A DNA stretch of 64,000 nt. It comes from Paraspadella gotoi. Lineage: Eukaryota; Animalia; Chaetognatha. A program made the position numbers and the translations under genes. The notes under the pieces were generated by a model that was given only the letters and a program-made list of their open reading frames with translations, ran no database searches and was not told the DNA's origin. Shown piece by piece: positions 56,601-64,000 of the stretch (the stretch's first letter is position 1; every line of letters starts with the position of its first letter). The DNA lies in assembly GCA_051294375.1 (NCBI GenBank), contig CM119267.1, forward strand, positions 22,879,486 to 22,943,485, in the 5' to 3' direction.

Positions 56601-56624
56601 TGAAGGTGGTCGACGGAGATTTGG
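47583..56624 (+). CDS. FAT4: Fat/FAT4-type giant cadherin, N-terminal part (signal peptide plus cadherin repeats ~EC1-EC6), multi-exon, 3'-incomplete on this strand
   Basis: GT-AG exons read by eye: 47583-47864, 53128-53296, 53711-54013, 54332-54611, 55073-55327, 55653-55840, 56253-56624, with compatible phases. Signal peptide MTYHPFLLLLIPLLFISPVSS is followed by cadherin motifs (LDRE, DxNDxxP, AxDxD). The spliced 'LVILSTEPVYPTEITVRVLDVNDWSPAWPEQSVNVSFAENVAAGRRVLLDSAVDPDLG' matches, from recall, FAT4 EC1-2 (LVVLSSAPTYPTEVRVLVRDLNDNAPVFP...GRQVILDTATDSDIG). 'DVNDHAPVIDFKFLP' and 'IVAGNELGHFRLE' are also Fat-like. Small frameshifts in exons 4-6 are probably sequencing indels. Confidence 0.88.
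48953..51996 (+). mobile_element. Non-autonomous Helentron/HINE (DINE-1-like) element in Fat intron 1
   Basis: 5' end TTATCGAGCC, then hairpin GACCGGCGAAGCCGGTC, then CAGGCTCTATAA, then a (GTC)n microsatellite. Internal subrepeats carry (CT)n. The 3' end is CAGGCTTCGAATC...TTTTAAGATTTTTTT. Homologous to the inverted copy at 784-3017. Confidence 0.55.
52008..52760. mobile_element. AT-rich foldback/MITE-like element with ~370-bp imperfect inverted arms
   Basis: ATCTTCTTTGTCGGAAAT pairs with ATTTTCGACAAGAAGAT at the ends. Internally AAATATTTTGGTAAGTTTATTT pairs with AAATAAACTTACCAAAATATTT, and CAAAAAGTTGATATAAGAAAATATAAT pairs with ATTATATTTTCTTATTCAACTTTTTG. Centre ~52390. Confidence 0.7.
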
Positions 56625-56999
56625 GTGAGTTTTAGGTTGTTTTTTTGTTTTGTTTTTGTTTTTTGTTTTTTGGTTTTTTTTTCGTTTTAGGAGAGCGACG
56701 GGTAGTGCGTGACTGCGTGCGGTTAATTTTATTTCTTTTAACGATACCATTAACAGTAACGACTAAACAAGTACACCCTGACAAAGCTTAATAAAAATGT
56801 ATGTCAAATGAGCATTTTAGCTTAATTTGCATATTTGAATCTGAGTTCGANNNNNNNNNNATGTCAAATGAGCACTTTAGCTTAATTCGCATACTTGAAT
56901 CTGAGTTCGAGAAATTTTCGATATATCATTTTCCTAATATGCCAACGTAAAGGCCAGCCGTTGTCAAATCTCTACTACAAGGCTCTGACGATCATTGTG

Positions 57000-57300
57000 T
57001 CAACCGCGTGTACGAGGCCAATCGATGACCGAATTGACAACTAGGCGCAAGGCCAATAGTAGTTGATAACTTTACAGCCAACCGCGAGGCCAATCGTTAC
57101 CAAATTGGCTGCCATTCACTAGGCCAGTAGCTGATGTTACAGCCAACCGCGAGGCCAATCGTTACCAAATTAGCTGCCATTCACTAGGCCAGTAGCTGAT
57201 AACTTTACTGCCAACCGCGACACCAATCGATGGCCAAATTGGCAGTCAATCGATGGCCAACTTGGCAGTCAATCGATGTCCAAATTGGCAGCCAACCGAA
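57000..57300. repeat. ~22-bp-based repeat with a ~66-bp higher-order duplication (CAGCCAACCGCGAGGCCAATCGTTACCAAATT..)
   Basis: 57073-57138 is repeated at 57139-57205, followed by CAATCGATGGCCAA units. Confidence 0.75.
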
Positions 57301-57938
57301 ACGTCCATCGTCCGGCGACTCTTGCTTCCCAAGTCCCAATCTCGTTAAGACGAAAAGATTCGCTGAGATCAGATAAAAAGAGAAAATCTCTGACATCGAT
57401 TCGCCTCCATCTCTCGAACGAACGAAATGTTAATTTAAAATACTTAGTGTTTTATAAAATATAGAGAAGGAAAAATAGACGGGAGATGAGAGAGAGAAAG
57501 AGGGACAAGAGGAGGAGGAGAAGATGAGACGGATGAGAGCGATGAGAGGGAGAAAAGAGAATTGAAGAGAGAGAGTGAGAGAGAGAGAATGAGAGACAGG
57601 AGAGAGAGAGAGACGAGTAGAGAGAAGAGTCGACTATCCCACACTCTTTCATCCTGAAATGTTACTTTATTTATCCCTTAGTGGATCAGGTTAATTCTAA
57701 GGGCACTGGATTTAAACTGGATATCTGTTCACTCATCTAATCTTTGCCGTTTCATTCGCTATTGGTTCGGACTTGATCGCCGGAGGCTTTCATTGGATGT
57801 TTTTTTATTGGGGAAATTCGACCAAGGCATTTGATTCGTGGAGTGTATGTTGTGCAAGCCTCTCGCGCTCCGCGTTTGCCTTTGTTGTTTTAATTCAAAC
57901 ATTGGTTATCTTGTCTGTATCAATTCAAGAAAAAAGAA

Positions 57939-58011
57939 AGCAGCTTGGCGCAGTTGGGAGCGTGCTGGGCCATAACCCAGAGGTCGAGGATTCGAAACCC
58001 ATCCGCTGCTA
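57939..58011 (+). tRNA. tRNA-iMet (CAT), with a few indels
   Basis: AGCAGCTTGGCGCAGTTGGGAGCGTGCTGGGCCATAACCCAGAGGTCGAGGATTCGAAACCCATCCGCTGCTA closely follows the animal initiator tRNA (AGCAG..TGGCGCAG..AGCGTGCTGGGCCCATAACCCAGAGGTCG..GGATCGAAACC..CTGCTA). It has an A1-T72 pair and a TTTT run 3-4 nt downstream. Confidence 0.82.
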
Positions 58012-58245
58012 GACTTTTAAATAAAATGCCGATTTTTTATTTTGATGGAGGGAGGAAATTATTACACCATCATCATAAACATCCATTTAAACAAAATTGT
58101 ATTTCAGAGAAGACAGTAACGTACAAAAATAATATTTTTAGATGTTGGATGTGATAAGAGGAACGCTGAATAAACTCTTTTCTTTCGGCCCTTTTATATT
58201 CAGATTACGTTTAAGAGTATATAGATTGGACAAAGCGAAGGAAGG

Positions 58246-58323
58246 GGCCTTGTGGCGCAATGATAACGCAGTCTGGGACACGGATCCAGAAGATTTCCAG
58301 GTTCGAATCCTTGGCAAGGGTCA
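58246..58323 (+). tRNA. tRNA-Arg (ACG), with several indels
   Basis: GGCCTTGTGGCGCAATGATAACGCAGTCTGGGACACGGATCCAGAAGATTTCCAGGTTCGAATCCTTGGCAAGGGTCA aligns to the Arg-ACG consensus GTGGCGCAATGGATAACGCGTCTGACTACGGATCAGAAGATTCCAGGTTCGA.TCCTGGC. The acceptor stem is CCTTG/CAAGG and T-runs follow. Confidence 0.75.
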
Positions 58324-58540
58324 TTTATTTTTATTAGTTTATGAATAATCTTTTAGTCTCGTGGATAAAAAATCATAACAAAAACAAAAAATGGGAGATT
58401 TAAAAAAAAAAATTGAAAAAACAAAATAATTAGGTTTCTAGAGAAAAAAAAATTCCACTCACTTTTACTAATCTCATTTCCATATTGTTAATTTAAATTA
58501 ACTTAAATATTTACAATATAATTTTGAAGTTAATCTTTAC

Positions 58541-61500
58541 CTTCGTTCTGACGACCCCATTCGACGGCGTCAGATCTCGAACTCCTCGACGAGTTGTTGA
58601 ATAGTCGGAACCGCAACCTCCCGTTATTTCCGGCGCGTCGGCCGTTCCTCGCGGCCACCTTGGACGACTACGCCGCCTTGGGCTGCCGCGTTTCTCCGCC
58701 ACGGCCCGGCGCCTTCGGTGAAAGTCGTTCGAGAAAATTCCGGCGCGTTGTCGTTGACGTTCTGTCGACGAGGATTTCGACCGATGGCCCGACGCCGACC
58801 GCGCCGGATTGACGGGAATCGGGTTCGCTTCCGTTCGCCGTCAGCGTTGTGTAAACTGAGAACGCCGCTCAAAGTCCAGAGGGCCTCGTCTGGAGAGAGA
58901 CGACGCCCGGTGGATCGGGTCGTGATTTGGAAGCTGGTTTCGTCGGCGTCGCTGGCCTTGAGAGAGTAAGTCACCCTTCTCGGAATTCCGGTATTCGACG
59001 GCGTTGAGCTTCAAAACCGGTCGCGGAAGACGATCGATCGGCGCGGTTTTCCGCCACGCAGGGCGCAGGTGTGTAATAGAGGGGCGTGGGCAAACACGGG
59101 GCGCCGGGCGTCGTCGACGTCCGCGGTGACGACGATATTCGACGACGACGTCGGCGGAGAAGCGGCGCAGTTGCGGTCCGAGTCGACGCCGCGGGACGAC
59201 GAGCGATAATAGCGGCGTCGCGTTCGACAGTCGAGGACGATCCACTCGGAAGGGAGCCGGCAGTCGCGAGCTCCACGGTAAAAGTCCTTTAGTCGTGAGG
59301 AGAGAGGGGGGTGGTTCTTGGGGGGGGAAAGGCGATATGGGAAGAGAGAAAAGGAATTGAAATGTGCGTCAATCAGTCCGTTCGTTCGTCTGTCTGTCTG
59401 TAAATTCTTCTTTTTTTTCTCACTTTGGCAGTCTGTGCACAGTGTCTTTGTCCGTTTAACGTTGGCGTGAAAAATCTCCGCGAATCACCGGTGGGTTTAA
59501 AGGGTGGCATGTCTGAGGAATGAGTCTATCAATCTATCTATCTTTTTCTAACTATCATTATGGTCGCTCTTGTCCGTCCATCTCCTCTCCCTCTACTTGT
59601 CTCCCCTCCTCCGGCCGACAATAAAGTATCGCACGAGTCCGTTTTTGGAATCCCTCTGTCCACGTCCCTGCCGAACACCTCCAACAACCGCGGTTGCCCA
59701 ACCGGCACGTTCCCGGCAAACGTCTTCGAGTATTTCGTCCGGCTCTAAGACGGGGGCGTTGTCCGTTGACGTCCTCCACCGCGGATTTCGTCAGATTTGG
59801 CGACGGCGCCTCAAAGGCGGCCCCGTCCCTGTGTCCGGCGGCGCGCATGCGTCAACTCGTAAGACGCGGCGTCGTCGGCGTCGAGTCGGCGTCTGACGCG
59901 AATCTCGGCCGACAGTTCGGCTGTGGACGACGAAGGCGCCGGGAACCGACGCCGTCCGGTCCCTGGCAGCAGCTCGTAGGTCAGTGGACCGTTGGCGCCG
60001 AGATCGCGGATCCACGGGCGGTCATCCGCGCGCCAGGGTGCCGGTGGCGGACGGTTTTCCGGGTACCGAGGCCCGTAACGGCAGCGGCGCCGGAAAATCG
60101 AGGGGCGTGCGTCGTTGACGTCGCGGAGAAGTGACGACGACGGCGGCGTGTCGACGCCGAGAGACGGGAGATCGGCTGTCGGCGCGGCGTCGGTCAAGTG
60201 GCGGAGATGGCGACGGAATAGATGCGCGGCGCTTTCTCGATCCGATGGGCGCCGAGGGGATAAGAATGGCGCCGGTTTGAGAGTCGATTCTGAGAAGGGA
60301 GGAGGGAATCGATCAATGAATCAATCAAATCAATACATCAATCAATCAAATTCAAACAATGAATGGAATGAATGAATGAATTGAATTGAAATAATGAATG
60401 AGAAAAAATACTTATACAATACAACTACCACTTCGTCCAAAATGATATCCCAATGAGGGTCAGGTCGACATCTTCGCGCACCCGTAACCGCTCCTCGACC
60501 TTATCCCTTACCTGAAGACCCCATCCAGGTTTCTCCCGCGGATGATCTGTTAAGCGCAGCCTCCGCGTTGTTCTCCAGAGTCTGGCGTCCCGTTCGCGCG
60601 AGAACGACCAAGATCGCCTCTCGTTCGCGTCGCGTCGTCGTCCTCATCGCACGACGACCTTCGTAGACGTTCCGATCGAAGAGCGGGGTGTCGGCGTTGT
60701 CGTTTGACGTCAGACGACGGTTGATGTTAGACCGCACCGGACGTCACCTTAGAAATGACGATTTTAAATAAATATTTTATATTTATACATTAGTACTCTT
60801 CGTTACAAGAGATACAGAACCGGAACCGATCAAGACTCGGAAGAAATCACCAAAATGGAATCAAGCCTCTGTTGGTCGTGTTGTTTTTGTTTGTTTATTT
60901 GTGAAAAAGGATTTTTTAAAAAGAGTACGGAACATTTCCCACTTATTGATTAAAAAAAAAGTTAAGCATTTCCTTTGCTTATCTTCCGAACGATATTTAA
61001 GTTTCAGCTTTTTAATTTAACTAATCACCGTAATAAAATAATATTAAAAGCAACAATCAGCAAGACTTAGTAACTATATCGTTTTGGTAAAATAGGGTAC
61101 AAGATAGAATTTTTACATAGCGTGAAGGAAAATCCATGGAAATAATGAATATAAAATATTCCGCCAACTATGTTAAATCGCGCTTTTTTAAATAATTAAA
61201 AGACAAAATATAGAAGTGCTCTCTTGATGTGAATACATCCAAAATATTCAGTGAAAAAAACAATTTAAAAATAAAATGTTATAGAGGCTAGTGATTACCA
61301 CCATTGCTCATTTAGAATGCCTCAAAATCCAACACTGGCCAATATGCAAAATAGATTTAAAAACGTGGACGAAGCCTGCGTGGGTTGTCCGTCGTCCAGC
61401 GCCAAGATTTCGACGATGTAATGTGTGGACCCTCTTCGTGGTCGAGCGGTCCCTTGGACGAGCTTGACGGTGCCCCGCGTGGGCCGTCCGACGGAGGAAG

Positions 61501-64000
61501 GTGTACTTTTCCCCAGGACGGAGTTCAATGTGTAGGAGACGCGTCCAGTTTCCGTTTCCGGCGTCCCTGCGTCTCGGGCGTCGGACGCGGCCGCACATGG
61601 CGCCGGGCAAAGATGTCTTCGGAGACGTCGAAAGGAGTGAAACCTGGATGCGGTCCGAGGGGGGGTGGTGACGTGGGGGGGAGGAGAAATAGGGATGAGA
61701 GGAAAAGTTAAAGCTTAAAAATAACCTAAGTAAGACCACCCAATTTTGTCCAACCCAAAGCTCTACCCTATTTAATTATTATTTGTTTGTTATACGATAT
61801 TTCACAAGGCTTTTGAAATTTGAACATTAACAGCTAATTAGGCAAAATTGCTTGGAAGAATTAGGGTTGGTAAGGCTTCCTCCCGCATCATTTTTTAAAA
61901 TTAAACCGCTTCCAGGTTTCAGTTATTAAAAATGAGGACACTGCGGAGCGCGTGCCTCGAATATCATCATATTCCTTGATTCTTGCATCTCCCCTTCCTT
62001 TCTTCCTTACCGACGCCTCCCACGCGGGGGCGTTGTCGTTTGGCCGTCCTCCACCGCGATCGCCAGCGTCGCCGTCGCCTCTTTGTTGACGCCGTCCGTT
62101 GCCGCGTAACGACCACGACGTGCTCGCGCGCCGACTTCGTAGTCCAGGGGACGGACGGCGCGGACCACGCCTGAGAAGTTGAAATATTTTTAAAATTAAA
62201 AATTGACAATAACAATGAGACATGTCAGTTGTTGTTAAGGTTAAAAACTCACCCGTGGCGCGTCGACGGCGAAGTGAGGTTCGGCGACGCCGGTTCGTCG
62301 AGGCGTAGACGACCGCGCCGGTTTCGTCGGCCGTCGGCGGCGCGCACCGAAGCCACGATGCGACCAGGTTGGATGTCCTCGCGCGCGCGGGCAGAGTAGA
62401 GGCTCTGGGCGAAGACTGGGGCTCGTCGTTTCTAGGGATGGATTGATGGATGGATAAACAGAAAGATTATATAGATATTCTAAAAAAAAAGATAATAGAT
62501 ATATGTAATGTTAAAGAATAGACAGACAGACAGACAGACCTAGTTCATAAAGAGAAGCACCAACCTGCTCAGCACGTAGACGATCATCGTTGTCTTCACT
62601 GAGATCGGAATCGGACCCGAAGCGAGATCCACGGCGTGGACGTCGACGGAATACTTGGCGCCGCCCCCCTCTCGATCCAGCGGGCGCCGGCGTCGTGACG
62701 ATCCCTCTAGCTGCGTCGATCTTGAACAACGCCGGCGCCGCTCGATCTTCGGCGTCGAAAACGTGGGAGAGAAAGTAGCGGATCTATCGTATTTGGAAGA
62801 TCTGATTGGGGGGGAAGAATTTTATATCATTAAACGTTTATTGAACGAACATAATAAAACTTACTATTGTAAGGATGATTATTTAATATGATCTATCGGT
62901 CGAAAGCATCTTTCGTTTCCATTTAAAATTAAGAAATGAACTTAGGGCGTGGTTCATAAGGTATTTGGAACGGTGGTCACTTTGGAAGTTGATTTTCCGT
63001 TTTGAGAACATAATCACGGGAAGCTATTTTTAAATGATCGAGACTCATTTTGTATTTTGTTTTTATTTGATCATTCGAATATACCTTTAACAACAACTCC
63101 CTTATTCTTATGTCCTTCCGTCGTTGTAGTAGTTTCGTGCCGCCCGGTCAACTTACCCGTTTCTGATAACCGTTTTATTCTCATTTCTCCTTTCTTCTTT
63201 TTCTCTCACCTTCCATCGTTATACTCCGCCTGACCGCCGCCCCAGCGTGTCGGCCGGTTGATTCTCCGCCACTTGTCCCTCGTAGAATGCGTCGCCGAAT
63301 TGAAGGCCGCGGGATAGGAGCTCTTGGGGAAGACGATCATCTTGAAAGGTCTCCTGAAAATAATTTACAAACGTTTAGCAAAACATTTTTCAATCACTCC
63401 AATTCGCGAAGTTTATTGACCGTATAGTTAAATATTTTAACTATGTCTTTTTTCACATTTTTTTTGGGGTTTAAATGCTTGTTAGATATCTATTCTTAAC
63501 ATCATCATTCTTATTCCTCATCATCTTAAAAATATTCTTAACGATATTGCAAGTTTTTTTTTTGCCGGTTCGTTGCCATGACAACCGTACCTTGAGGCGA
63601 CAGTCTCTAAGAAGCGCCGCAACCGTCCGTCGCTTGGAGGACGAGTACGAAAGTTCTGCGGACGCCGGAGAAATCCCTGCGGAAAAGATTATAAAAGTTT
63701 TCAATTCTAAATATTCATAAATATTATTTTTATTAATACATAAATAAGTACAATTCAACCTTTTCTTGATATCCTTATATTCTTAACAATCATAGTTTAG
63801 TTCGTCCGACCCCCTTTCCCTCACCTGTCCAGCGACAACTCTCCCGTCCGCGCGTCGAGCAAGAAGTAACCCGCGCCGCCCGACACGATGGAGAAGGTCG
63901 TCGTGGAGTTGGGCCGACGGCGTCGGCGTCGGTTGCCGACACGGCGACGACTCGGTGACGCGCGTCGGCGTTTTCGTGGACGGCACGGCCGACGGCGTGA
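58541..64000 (-). CDS. FAT4: Fat/FAT4-type cadherin, middle cadherin repeats (approximately EC15-EC23), multi-exon, heavily frameshifted, continues beyond the window
   Basis: Minus-strand exons (approximate): >64000-63825, 63676-63591, 63353-63210, 62801-62565, 62431-62253, 62170-62011, 61643-~61375, 60747-60512, 60289-~59605, 59286-58541, mostly with GT/AG ends. Peptides: VAVSATDADA..GPNSTTTFSIVSGGAGYFLLDARTGEL; GLQFGDAFYEGQVAENQP; LFKIDAARGIVTTPAP-LDREG..KYSVDVHAVDLASG (recalled FAT4 LFTIGRHTGIIQTAAILDREQGACLYLVDVYA); LDYE; DVNDARP; DLGANGPLTYEL; NVNDNAPEF. Repeat numbering comes from recall of FAT4. Confidence 0.75.

Noticed and set aside
54332-64000. Fat as a pseudogene
   Set aside because: Lesions are mostly 1-nt indels, often in homopolymers, while splice sites and cadherin motifs persist; nearby tRNAs show the same error pattern.

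Overview
This is eukaryotic (invertebrate animal) genomic scaffold DNA, not prokaryotic. It is rich in (GA)n/(GAC)n microsatellites, has CpG-rich exons, many N gaps and long indel-laden stretches that look like long-read gap fill. Most of the six-frame ORFs are low-complexity noise. Supported content: (1) a Fat/FAT4-type giant cadherin, with N-terminal exons on + (47.6-56.6 kb) and later cadherin repeats on - (58.5-64 kb), probably the same gene with a flipped contig; (2) a compact 4-exon minus-strand gene (14001->12327) for a ~240-aa single-pass membrane protein with a discoidin/F5-8-like ectodomain, an apparent GC-AG intron and a poly-Val TM helix encoded by a GTC repeat; (3) a ~3.4-kb 63-bp tandem array readable as Thr-rich mucin or Asp/Glu-rich acidic protein, with a second, decaying copy; (4) tRNA-iMet and tRNA-Arg(ACG); (5) two Helentron/HINE-like elements, a foldback element, minisatellites and a ~17-kb palindrome that is probably an assembly artefact. 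The most distinctive unexplained signal is a recurring C-rich-to-G-rich polarity across almost every Fat exon and its intron flanks, which may reflect RNA-structure-guided splicing. No CRISPR array or prokaryotic system is present.
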